DNA of 64,000 nt. It comes from Myxococcota bacterium (GTDB taxonomy: Bacteria > Myxococcota_A > UBA9160 > UBA4427). The first letter of the stretch is position 1. Each line of letters opens with the position of its first letter. The stretch covers positions 160,001 to 224,000 of the forward strand of contig OZ252299.1 of assembly GCA_965250285.1 (NCBI GenBank), read 5' to 3'. The notes beneath the pieces are model-generated. The model had not been told where the DNA came from. It saw nothing but the letters and a program-made list of their open reading frames with translations, and searched no databases. Positions 55,115 through 64,000 of the stretch are shown here, in pieces. Made by a program: the position numbers and the translations under genes.

Positions 55115-56449
55115 TCAGCGCCCGCTCTGCAGCGCGCGGCGGTGGCCGACCCAGCCCACGATCGCCACGAGCGCGCTCGTACCGAGGCCCATCGAGACGG
55201 GAACGGGCGGCGGCCCCTCGCTCGGCGCGCGCGGGTCTGCACCGCATCCGGGATCCTGGGCGTGGTCGATGAGGCCATCGCCCTCGTTGTCGACGCCGTC
55301 ATCGCAGATCAAGTTCTCGGCCTGCTCCGAGTCGTCGATCGAATCGGTACAGCCGGGATCGGCAGGCCAGTCGACGAGTCCGTCGCCGTCCTGGTCGACG
55401 CCATCGTCGCAAACGAGCTTCGGGTCGCGTTCATCGGAGTCGCTGACCGAATCACAGCCCGGGTCGGCCGGGTAGTCGACGAGTCCGTCGCCGTCTTCAT
55501 CGAGACCGTCGTTGCAGGTCGGCTGGCTGATGATCGAGAGGATCTCGGAGCGATACACCGAGAGATCGGCCGCTAGCGTCAGGTTGCCGAAGAGCACGAA
55601 ATTGTCGGGCTGCTCGACGGCATTCTTGCCCACCGCGAACATGATCCCGGTCAGCTCCCAGCTGCCCGCGCGCTCGTAGAACACGGCGCCGCCCGAATCG
55701 CCGATGATGGCCTGGGCCTCGTCGGCGCCGACCCCCGGGCCGCTCTCGTCGAACGCCGTGAAGAACATCCGGGTGTCGACGGCCGTCTGGTCGACGGCGG
55801 CGACGCGGTTCGTGCCCCAGCGCAGCGTATGGCCGGTGCCCCACTGCCAGCCGTCTTCCCCGCCCGGGTCGGGCCACGTGACGGCATCACCGCGATTGCG
55901 CCCGTGCCCGAACAGCACGACCGAGGCGTTCACGCCGACCGGGAGCGTGGCGATGTCGATCGCCGGCAAGCCCGGGTCGCCGTCGATCTTGAAGAGTGCG
56001 AGGTCGGCGGGGCCGACACCGGGCGTCGTGAGCCGCGTTCTCGACCCCGGCACGTCCGGGTAGGTCTGTCCGCCGAGCACGAAGGGACCGATCTCGATGT
56101 GGTTCGCGGTGATCACCCAGCCGTTGCCGAGATAGACGCCGGTCTGAAAGAGGACCGAACCGACGTGATCCATCCCGGTGACGTCGGCACGTGGGTTCGT
56201 GTTGCCGGTCCCGTCACCGAGCTTGATCAGCACCGCATGCGCGGTGGGCGCGACGACGATGCCCGCTGCGACCGAGACGGCGAGGGCGTGCGCGAGGGCG
56301 CGCGCGAGGGCGCGCGCGAAGGCGCGCGTGCCGGAGGGGGCGAACGGGGTGCCCGACGGGCGGCTGGTTTCGATCGGGGTGCGCGCGGACCGACGCGTGC
56401 GGCACCCCGAACGCCCCTTGGCGTTCGCGGCACCGTCGTGACCCATCAT
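55115..56449 (-). CDS. Secreted trypsin-like serine protease with Asp/Cys-rich repeats and C-terminal sorting/TM tail
   Basis: TANH, ADL and GDSGG triad. Three CxDGxDxxGDGLxD..DPGC repeats and a PVP-hydrophobic-HRR tail. Start uncertain. Confidence 0.85.
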   Translation of the reverse strand: MMGHDGAANAKGRSGCRTRRSARTPIETSRPSGTPFAPSGTRAFARALARALAHALAVSVAAGIVVAPTAHAVLIKLGDGTGNTNPRADVTGMDHVGSVLFQTGVYLGNGWVITANHIEIGPFVLGGQTYPDVPGSRTRLTTPGVGPADLALFKIDGDPGLPAIDIATLPVGVNASVVLFGHGRNRGDAVTWPDPGGEDGWQWGTGHTLRWGTNRVAAVDQTAVDTRMFFTAFDESGPGVGADEAQAIIGDSGGAVFYERAGSWELTGIMFAVGKNAVEQPDNFVLFGNLTLAADLSVYRSEILSIISQPTCNDGLDEDGDGLVDYPADPGCDSVSDSDERDPKLVCDDGVDQDGDGLVDWPADPGCTDSIDDSEQAENLICDDGVDNEGDGLIDHAQDPGCGADPRAPSEGPPPVPVSMGLGTSALVAIVGWVGHRRALQSGR

Positions 56450-56569
56450 CTGGAGCTGCCTCCCCCACGCGGCGATGCTGCTGGTGATCCCATCGACGCC
56501 CGTCGGCACCGGAGCCTTCCCATCATACTGGAACCGAGCGGATCCCTATCCCCGATTCTCCGCGGAGCC

Positions 56570-56836
56570 TCAGCAGCCGAGGACGATGCGCGAGATCGCG
56601 AGGAGCCCTTGAGCGGCGTCTTGCAGCCGAGGGTGCTCGCTCCAGGCGTCTTCGTCCGCGAGGGGACTGTCGAGAACGGCACGGGCGCGCACCTCGAGGC
56701 TCAGCTTCGTGTTCGTCGCGCGCGCCCGCAGCGCGCTCGCCCATTCGGGCTCGCCCGGCGACTCGAGCTCGCGCAGCGCCGTGAGCGTTTCGTCCAGATA
56801 TCGCTCGAATTCTCCATGCACCGACACGTTTCGCAC
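56570..56836 (-). CDS. Small hypothetical protein
   Basis: 88 aa ORF with helical, protein-like composition, divergent from TetR. Confidence 0.45.
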   Translation of the reverse strand: MRNVSVHGEFERYLDETLTALRELESPGEPEWASALRARATNTKLSLEVRARAVLDSPLADEDAWSEHPRLQDAAQGLLAISRIVLGC

Positions 56837-56901
56837 ACTCCCCTGTCACGACCGATCCATCGATTCTTGTTGATTCTGGCGTGGTGACGTGTACCGTCGA
56901 A

Positions 56902-57545
56902 ATGATGCAAGAGGTGATCGGAACACGCGAAGCGACCAAACGCGAGACGCGTCGCGCACTCATCGAAGCGGCGCTCGCCGAGTTCGGTGAGCGGGGTTTT
57001 GATGCGCCGAGTCTCGACGCGATCTGTGCGCGTGCGGGCTTCACGCGCGGTGCCTTCTACGTCCACTTCTCGAATCGGGACGAGCTGGTGTCTGCCGCCA
57101 TGGAGCACGCCATCAACGAGTTCGTCGCACAGATCATTTCATTCCAGAAGGCGAGTCGGCGGACGACGTCGAGACGACGATCGCCGTGTTCGCCAACGAC
57201 ATCGTGCCCCAGCTGCTCGGCGCGCACCGACGCGAGCCCAGTCTGAAGGGCGACGGGCCGGTGTTCGAAGGCACGCCGTACCACAAGTTTCTCGAAGCCT
57301 GTGCGCGCAGCGAGGTCGTGCGCGACGGCATGCAGCAGGCGCTCGCGCGCGTGATCGACCGACTTCAGAAGGCGGGCGAAGCCGGTCAGGGCCAGGGGCT
57401 CGTTCGCAACGACATCGGTGCGCACGAGCTCGCGGGGCTGCTCCTACTGATGGCGCTCGGCGTCTTCTCCGCCGGCGACATCGGTCTGCAGCTCGACGTC
57501 GCCGCCCTGCGCGACACTGCCCTCAAGCTCATTCGCGGCAGCTGA
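56902..57545 (+). pseudogene. TetR family regulator, frameshifted
   Basis: HTH (ICARAGFTRGAFYVHF) in one frame and the ligand domain in another. Removing one copy of TCATT-TCATT (57134-57143) restores a single ORF. Confidence 0.85.
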
Positions 57546-58004
57546 CGGAGCCGGAGCCGGCGTCGGCGCCGCCACCGGGGCGGGTGCAGCCGCCTGGGCG
57601 GCGGCATCGGCCGCGTCGAACTTCCGCTTCCAATGCGTGCGCGCGCGCTCGAGCTCCTTCGCGCGCTTCTCGCTGCGGGCGAGGCGCCGCTCGAGCTCCT
57701 TGATGGTCTTGTCGGTGGTGGCCAGCTCTTCCTGCATCAGCTTGAAGGCCTCGGCTTCGGGGCGCAGCGACACATCGGCTTCGAGGGCGCCGACCTTGGT
57801 CTCGAGCTGCACCAGCTGCTCGTCCTTGGCCTGGAGGCGCTCTTCGAGGTAGCCGATCTCCCAGTTCTTGGCGTTGTGCAGGGGCACGTAGGAGTAGACG
57901 AACGACAGGCTCGCGCCCGCGACGAAGAGCCCCACCGCGAGGCCGAAGCGCTTCGCGAGCTTGACCCAGATGCTGTCTTCGTGATGCGCCGACTGATCGT
58001 GCAT
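57444..58004 (-). CDS. Single-TM coiled-coil protein
   Basis: TM FGLAVGLFVAGASLSFVYSY followed by long heptad repeats and an Ala/Pro tail. Confidence 0.7.
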   Translation of the reverse strand: MHDQSAHHEDSIWVKLAKRFGLAVGLFVAGASLSFVYSYVPLHNAKNWEIGYLEERLQAKDEQLVQLETKVGALEADVSLRPEAEAFKLMQEELATTDKTIKELERRLARSEKRAKELERARTHWKRKFDAADAAAQAAAPAPVAAPTPAPAPSAAANELEGSVAQGGDVELQTDVAGGEDAERHQ

Positions 58005-58082
58005 GTGTCCCCCCGAGAGCTCGAGCCTGGTCGAGCCGGCGTGCGCCGGCTCCACAGACATCGGCAACGGGGGGCGGGTTCT

Positions 58083-61000
58083 TTAGGCGGCGCGGGCGGC
58101 TGCGGGGACGACTGCGTGCTCCAGATCACGCTTCGAAGCCGTGTCGCGCGCGAGGGCCCGGCGTCGGGCCCTGAGGCGCAGCCAGACGAAGCACGTCGGC
58201 ACGAGGTAGAGCGAGAGCAGGGCGGCGCCGCCGACGCCCCCGGCGATGGCCGTGGCCATCGGGGGCCAGAAGCGGCCGCCCCAGATGATCAGCGGGAGGA
58301 AGCCACCGATCGTCGTCAGCGTCGTGCTCACGATGTGGCGCGTCGCGCCGACCACGACCTCGATACTCGGTTCGAGCTCGCCGGCCATCGCCGCCTCGTC
58401 GTCTCGGAGCGCCGAGAGCACGATGATGCCGCCGTTGATCGCGAGGCCGACCAGCCCCATCGTGCCGACGACGGCGAGGAAGCCCATCGGATACCCGAAG
58501 GCCCACACGCCGACGAAGGCGAGGCCGCAGCTGGCGATGGCCACGATGCCGATGATGCCGGCGAAGCGGAACGAGTTGAACGACAGGATGATCGTCCCCG
58601 CCATCATGAGCAGCAGCGGCACGGCGAAGAGCATGAGGTTGCCGACCGCCTCGCCGCGTTGCTCCGATTCACCGCCGAGCTCGAGCTCGTAGCCCGGCGG
58701 CAGCTCGAAGCCCGAGTCGGCGAGGCGGCGCTCGAAGTCGGCCAGCGCGACCGCAATCAGCGTATAGGGCTCGAGGTAGGCCCGGGCCGTGTTGACCCGG
58801 CGCCCGTCGCGGCGCGGGATCGACGAGACCTCGGGCGTGAGGTCGAGTGCACCGATGGCCGAGAGCGGGACACCGGCGACGTCATCGGGGCTCGTCGGGC
58901 GCGCCGCGCCGACGATGCGCTGGTCGGCGATGCGGCCGAGGTCGCTTCGGACGTCGTCGGGCGCGCGCACCCGAACGGGGATCTCCTCGGTGGCCTCGGT
59001 GATCGTCGCGAGCGCGGCGCCATCGAGCTGCGCGCCGATCTCGCGCGCGACGGCGCCCAGGCTCAGGCCGGCCATCCGCGCTTCGTCCTCGTCTGCGCGC
59101 AGCAGGAGCTTCGGCTGCGCCGCACCGAGCTCGGCTTCGCTGTAGGTCACGCCGCTGGTCGCGGCCATCAGTCGCCGCAGCTCTTCGCCGAGCTCGTCGA
59201 GCACCTCGAGTTCGGGGCCCGACACGCGCACTTCGATGGGCGCGGTGAACGGCGGGCCCTGCTCGAAGGGCAGAGCGAGCACGGTGGCCTCGGGCAGGGC
59301 CGCCATCAGCTCGCGCTGCAGGCCGGGGAGGAGGGCTTCGGTCTTGGCGGCCGATTGCGTGGTCACGACGCCCCCTGCGTAGCCCGCCACGCCCTCGCGG
59401 ATCGCAATCATGTTGTAGTAGACGCGCGGCGCGCTCTCACCGATGAACCAGTGGCTGTCGACGACCTCGTCGTGCGCGTTCACGAGGGCCCGCGCCCGGT
59501 CGACCAGCGCGCGGGTCTGCGTGACCGAGGCCTGGGCCGGCAACGAGATCTGGATCTGAAACTGGTTGCGGTCGTTCGGCGGAAAGAACTGCTCGGGCAG
59601 CGTGGTGACCACGTAGAAGCCGATCGCCGGGAGCACCAGCGCCAGGCCGATGCCCGCCCAGGGGCGCGCGAGCGCAAAGCGCAGGCTGCGGCGGTACGCC
59701 TCGGTGAGTCGCTCGTTCGAGAAGCCCGACCGCCACCAGCGCGGGTCTGCGTCGGCTCGGTCTTCGCGGATCACCCATGACGTCACGGCGGGGATCAGCG
59801 TCATGGCGACCACGAACGAGCTCGACACCGCGAGCGCGACGCTGATCGCGATCGGACCGACGAACTCGCCTCCACCGCCCGGCATGAGCGCGATCGGCAG
59901 GAAGGAGAGCACGGTGGTCGTCGTCGACGCGAGCAGCGGAACGAAGAGGCGACGGATCGCATGAGACACCGCCTCGCGCGGCGCGCGCCCCGCGCGCAGC
60001 TCCGCGCGGTAGTCGTCCACGACGACGATCGCGTTGTCGATCAGCAGGCCGAGGGCGATGATCAGGCCGATGATCGACATCTGGTGCAGCGGTACGCCCA
60101 TCACCATCAGCTCGGTGAGGACGAGGGCCACGGTGATCGGGAGTGTGAGGCCGACGCAGAACGCCGAGCGCGCGCCCATCGTCACGAACAGGATCAGGAT
60201 CACGAGGGCTCCGCCGAGGAGCAGATTGAGCGCGAACGTCGACAGCCTCGCTTCGGTGTAGGTGCTCTGATCGAAGATGAGTTCGAGGTCGATCCGAGCC
60301 GGCAGCCCGCCCTCGAAATCGTCGATCTCGGCGCGTGCCATCCGGGCCCAGCGATCGACGCGGTCCCCGTCCTCCATCGTCGCGGCGACGACGACGCCCC
60401 GTTCGCCCGAGATGAGCGCGAGGGTCGCCGGCGGATCGGCGACGGTCTTGGCGATGCGCGCGACATCGGCGACGCGCACGATGCGACCGTCGGCGCCCTG
60501 CACGATCGGGATCGCTCCGACCCGCTCGACCGAGTCGAGGGTGCCGGCGACCTCGAGGAGCAGGTCGTTGCGCTCATGGCGCAGTCGGCCCGACGGCAGC
60601 CGCGTGTCGGCGTCGCGGATCGCGGTCGCGACGGCGCCCGGGCTGAGTCCGAGGGCCGCGATGCGGTCGGCGTCGAGCGTCACGCGGATCTCCGGATCGG
60701 CCTCGCCGAAGATCTCGGTCTCTTTGGTGCCCGGGAGGTTCGCGAGCCGCTGCTCGAGGTCGTCCGCGAGTCGGCTCAGCAGGTCGAGCTGCGGCTCGCC
60801 CTGACCGCGCCAGCGCAGCGACGCCATGACGGTCACGGCCTTGCTCGTCTGGTCTTCGACGGTGGGGAGCGGGACCTCGGCGGGCATCCGGGCGTGGGCG
60901 TCGCCGACGCGGTCACGCACCTTCGACCAGATCTCGTCCACGTCGGCGTCGGTGTACCGATCCTTCAGATCGACGCGGACGACCGAGATGCCGGCGCGCG

Positions 61001-61262
61001 ACGTCGACTCGAGGTGATCGATCTCATGCAGATCCTGAAGCTCGTCTTCGAGCTTCTCGGTGACCTGACTCTCGACGCGCAGCGCGCTGGCGCCGGGGTA
61101 GTACGCCGTGATCGTCCCCATGCGCCGACTGAGCGAAGGGTCTTCTTGCCGCGGCAGGCCGGTCAGCGCGGCGAGGCCGGCGACTGCGACGAGGCCGATC
61201 GTCAGCGCCGTGAGGCGGGGGTTTCGCTGGAAGAGGCTCGCGAGATCGAAGTCGTTCTTCAT
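58083..61262 (-). CDS. RND efflux transporter permease subunit
   Basis: LPRQEDP, GLLIDNAIVVVD and TTLTTIGGFLPL. 1059 aa. Confidence 0.96.
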   Translation of the reverse strand: MKNDFDLASLFQRNPRLTALTIGLVAVAGLAALTGLPRQEDPSLSRRMGTITAYYPGASALRVESQVTEKLEDELQDLHEIDHLESTSRAGISVVRVDLKDRYTDADVDEIWSKVRDRVGDAHARMPAEVPLPTVEDQTSKAVTVMASLRWRGQGEPQLDLLSRLADDLEQRLANLPGTKETEIFGEADPEIRVTLDADRIAALGLSPGAVATAIRDADTRLPSGRLRHERNDLLLEVAGTLDSVERVGAIPIVQGADGRIVRVADVARIAKTVADPPATLALISGERGVVVAATMEDGDRVDRWARMARAEIDDFEGGLPARIDLELIFDQSTYTEARLSTFALNLLLGGALVILILFVTMGARSAFCVGLTLPITVALVLTELMVMGVPLHQMSIIGLIIALGLLIDNAIVVVDDYRAELRAGRAPREAVSHAIRRLFVPLLASTTTTVLSFLPIALMPGGGGEFVGPIAISVALAVSSSFVVAMTLIPAVTSWVIREDRADADPRWWRSGFSNERLTEAYRRSLRFALARPWAGIGLALVLPAIGFYVVTTLPEQFFPPNDRNQFQIQISLPAQASVTQTRALVDRARALVNAHDEVVDSHWFIGESAPRVYYNMIAIREGVAGYAGGVVTTQSAAKTEALLPGLQRELMAALPEATVLALPFEQGPPFTAPIEVRVSGPELEVLDELGEELRRLMAATSGVTYSEAELGAAQPKLLLRADEDEARMAGLSLGAVAREIGAQLDGAALATITEATEEIPVRVRAPDDVRSDLGRIADQRIVGAARPTSPDDVAGVPLSAIGALDLTPEVSSIPRRDGRRVNTARAYLEPYTLIAVALADFERRLADSGFELPPGYELELGGESEQRGEAVGNLMLFAVPLLLMMAGTIILSFNSFRFAGIIGIVAIASCGLAFVGVWAFGYPMGFLAVVGTMGLVGLAINGGIIVLSALRDDEAAMAGELEPSIEVVVGATRHIVSTTLTTIGGFLPLIIWGGRFWPPMATAIAGGVGGAALLSLYLVPTCFVWLRLRARRRALARDTASKRDLEHAVVPAAARAA

Positions 61263-62416
61263 CGCTGGGCGCTCCTCGTGCTCGTGCGCCGCACGCGCTG
61301 GCCCGGCGTGACGCGTTGCAGCCCGCTGACCACGACCTCGTCCCCGTCGACCAGGGTGCCGCGCACGAAGGCGCGGTCGCTCTCGACGTGCACCATCATG
61401 AGCTCCTGTCGAGCGAGGACGAACTCGTCGGGGACGTCTGCGGGAGCCAGGACGAAGGCGCCCCAGAGACCGCGTCGACTCTCGGTGAGGGCTTCGATGG
61501 GGAGCCAGAAGCCCGGCTCCTCACGCCGTTCGATGATCTGAAGCCGGGCCAGCGCGCCGTGGCGCGCGCCCCGCGCGTCGGCCTCGAGCGGAAGCACGAC
61601 GGTGACGGTGCGCGTGTCGGCACTCACGTCTTCGCGAATCGCACCGATCGCGGCTTCGACCTCGACGCCCCCGATCTCGACGCGTTGGCGATCGCCGACG
61701 GCGAGACGCGCTGCAACGGTCGGCGGCACACCGACACGCACCTCCATGGCATCACTCTCGATGAGCGACACGACGGGCGCACCGGCGGCGAGGATCGCGC
61801 CTTCGTCGGCGAGGCGTTGCGTGATGGCACCTTCGAAGGGCGCGGTGAGGGCAGACTGATCGATGTCGATCTCGACGCGCTCGAGACCGGCCTGGATGCT
61901 GGCGAGACGCGCTTCGAGGGCCAGCGCTTCGAATCGCGCTTCGTCGTAGCGCTGGGCCGAGATGCTGTCTTTACCGGCGAGCTCCTTGCGTCGGTCGAGG
62001 GTCAGGCGCGCGAGCGCGAGCCTCGCATCGACCTCGCGGGCTTGGGCGCGCCACTCGTTGCGTTGGGCCTCGAGGCGGCTCGTGTCGAGGCGCGCGAGCA
62101 CGTCGCCTTCGGCGACCTGGGCGCCTTCGTCGACGAGCACTTCGACGAGGCGGTCTGAGCGGGTGAAACCGAGGTCGGCCTGACGTCGCGCGACGACGCG
62201 GCCGACGTGACGGCTGCCGACCGTGTAGTGATCGGTCGACTGAACGCGGAGGGTCTCGACGGGGAGCACGGTGGCCGGTGAGGCCTCAGTGTCCGATTTG
62301 GCGCCGCCGCAGCCGAGCCAGAGTGCGGCCGAGGTCGCGGCGACCAGGAGGGCGGAGCGACGGCGAAGACGCGCGACCGTGTGATTCGGCGGGGTGATCC
62401 CGGGGGGATTCGGCAT
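61259..62416 (-). CDS. RND periplasmic adaptor (MFP) subunit, probable lipoprotein
   Basis: WLGC lipobox-like motif, VDEGAQV..GDVLARLD, LTAPFEG and TRTV. Confidence 0.92.
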   Translation of the reverse strand: MPNPPGITPPNHTVARLRRRSALLVAATSAALWLGCGGAKSDTEASPATVLPVETLRVQSTDHYTVGSRHVGRVVARRQADLGFTRSDRLVEVLVDEGAQVAEGDVLARLDTSRLEAQRNEWRAQAREVDARLALARLTLDRRKELAGKDSISAQRYDEARFEALALEARLASIQAGLERVEIDIDQSALTAPFEGAITQRLADEGAILAAGAPVVSLIESDAMEVRVGVPPTVAARLAVGDRQRVEIGGVEVEAAIGAIREDVSADTRTVTVVLPLEADARGARHGALARLQIIERREEPGFWLPIEALTESRRGLWGAFVLAPADVPDEFVLARQELMMVHVESDRAFVRGTLVDGDEVVVSGLQRVTPGQRVRRTSTRSAQR

Positions 62417-62463
62417 GGTTGGACCTCGAAATCGGCGGGCGCGTCGGCGAAACGAGAGCTGAT

Positions 62464-62497
62464 ATGTTAACAGTGTCAAGATGACGGTGTCAAGATG
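62464..62497 (-). promoter_or_regulatory. RND operon promoter overlapped by a TetR-type operator
   Basis: Minus strand TTGACA-N18-TAACAT. Imperfect palindrome ATGTTAACAGTGTCAAGAT and 14-bp direct repeat ACRGTGTCAAGATG x2. Confidence 0.75.
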
Positions 62498-62739
62498 GGA
62501 CTCTCGTGGGATTCCGGGGCTCTCGTCGGGTTTCAGCGCGGGCCTCGGGCCCCGCCGGGAGCGACGCTGTGCGACGCTTGGGCGAGGCTCGAAATCGGCC
62601 CGATTGGGCCGACGATCGAGAGCGTGTGGCCGTCGTGGGCCGGGCCTCGAGCACTCCGGCAGTCGGCCCAGCGCGGGCAGGCTCGAGGCGCGCCCTGCGC
62701 GACCGCGCGGCGACGCGATGAGAAGAGAGGCGAGGCCAG

Positions 62740-63390
62740 ATGGGCTCCGCGAGCGAAGGCAACGCATACCACCACGGGAATCTGCGCGAGGCGCTGGTGG
62801 CGGCGGCGGTCGAGATCCTCGAGCGCGACGGGGTCGCCGGGCTCGGCCTGCGCGGCGCCGCGCGCGCGGCCGGCGTTTCGCAGACGGCCCCCTACCACCA
62901 CTTCGGCAGCAAGGAGGGGCTGCTGGCCGCGGTGGCCGCGCTCGGCTTTCGCGAGCTCAAGACCGATCAGGAGCGCATCGAGGCCGAGTCGATCGCGAGC
63001 GGGCTCGATGCCGAGGCCGCCATGTGTGAGCTCGGCATCGGCTACGTACGGATGGCGCGGCTCCACCCCGAGCTCTTCAAGCTGATGTTCGGCCAGGTCC
63101 TGCCCGATCGAGACACCTACCCCGAGCTGGTCGAGGCGTACACCGGCGCGCGTTCGTTCATCGAGCGAGCGATCCGCAACATGCTCGTCGAGCTGAAGGG
63201 GACGGCCGAGCCGGCCGAGGTCGCCCTCGCGGTGGCCGGCGCCTGGTCGAATGTTCACGGGCTCGCGATCCTGTTGATCGACGGACGCATCGTCCCCGGC
63301 GAAGAAGACATGCCGGCCGAACCCGAGCTGGTGCGCACGATCGTCGGGCGCTTCGCCCGCACCATCGACCGCGACCCCCTCGACCCCTGA
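62740..63390 (+). CDS. TetR family regulator (WHG-type C-terminal domain)
   Basis: YHHGNLREAL, AGVSQTAPYHHF and WSNVHGLA. Confidence 0.94.
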   Translation: MGSASEGNAYHHGNLREALVAAAVEILERDGVAGLGLRGAARAAGVSQTAPYHHFGSKEGLLAAVAALGFRELKTDQERIEAESIASGLDAEAAMCELGIGYVRMARLHPELFKLMFGQVLPDRDTYPELVEAYTGARSFIERAIRNMLVELKGTAEPAEVALAVAGAWSNVHGLAILLIDGRIVPGEEDMPAEPELVRTIVGRFARTIDRDPLDP

Positions 63391-63467
63391 TTCGGCGACG
63401 CTCTGCGTTCGCTCGAACGAAACGACACGCCGCACTCGCGCCGGGTGCGATCCGGAGGTTCCGAGCC

Positions 63468-64000
63468 TTGAAGTTCGTCACGTCGTTGGCCTTTGCCGAC
63501 GCCGCCCACCTCGGCCCCATCGCCTGCGCCGCCGACGAGGCGGGCTTCGACTACGTATCGCTCTCCGATCATGTCGTGCACCCCGAGACGCTGCGCACGC
63601 CGTATCCCTACACCGAGGACGGTGAGCGCCGCTGGCCCGCGTTCACCGCGTGGCCCGACCCTTGGGTCGCCATCGCGCACATGGCGGCGCAGACCGAACG
63701 GCTTCGCTTCTACACGAGCGTCTACGTGCCGGCGATCCGCTCGCCCTTCCAGGTGGCGAAGACCGTCGGGACCGCCGCCGTGCTCTCGGAAGATCGCGTG
63801 GCGCTCGGCATCGGGGCCGGCTGGAGCCGCGACGAGTTCGAGCTGATGGGGCAGCCCTTCGATGGCCGAGGCAAGCGCCTCGACGAGATGCTCGACGTGC
63901 TGCGCAAGCTCTGGGCCGGCGGCTGGGTCCAACACCACGGCGAACACTACGACTTCGATCGGCTCGAGATGAGCCCGGCGCCGAGCGAGCCGATCCCGAT
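63468..64000 (+). CDS. LLM class F420-dependent oxidoreductase (TIGR03619-like), partial
   Basis: Manual translation LKFVTSLAF..SDHVVHP..PYPY..PDPWVAIA..GIGAGWSRDEF. Runs off the window end. Confidence 0.88.
   Translation, partial: MKFVTSLAFADAAHLGPIACAADEAGFDYVSLSDHVVHPETLRTPYPYTEDGERRWPAFTAWPDPWVAIAHMAAQTERLRFYTSVYVPAIRSPFQVAKTVGTAAVLSEDRVALGIGAGWSRDEFELMGQPFDGRGKRLDEMLDVLRKLWAGGWVQHHGEHYDFDRLEMSPAPSEPIP

Overview
GC-rich (~70%) bacterial chromosome segment. Gene content and order (ppiD/mreBCD-mrdA-rodA, ccsA-hemA-hemC-cobA/hemD, lpxD, TIGR02999-type ECF sigma, many SDR/LLM/DUF1214-sulfotransferase genes) suggest a Myxococcota/deltaproteobacterial-type organism; this is inference. It is mostly core or near-core genome: groESL with a CIRCE operator divergent from lexA, folE, rod-shape operon, trxA, heme biosynthesis, rnhB-truD-cysK, acpP, polA and an RND pump with a divergent TetR. 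I recognised no rRNA, tRNA, CRISPR array, integrase or transposase. The most notable observations are: (1) an ORF that reads as a cohesin-like domain, an internal IPTL/PEP-CTERM-like sorting signal, a second signal peptide and a TSP3/dockerin-like domain, i.e. a possible surface polyprotein; (2) short tandem duplications that copy the 3' end and stop codon of four unrelated genes (adh, fasciclin, polA, fluC1); (3) a candidate 11-bp-period LexA box; (4) a TetR gene broken by a 5-bp duplication; (5) a fluC pair with a long loop insertion beside an NrtS-like gene; (6) a polytopic membrane protein fused to a pseudopilin-like, Cys-rich domain. Start codons were chosen by eye and no database searches were run.
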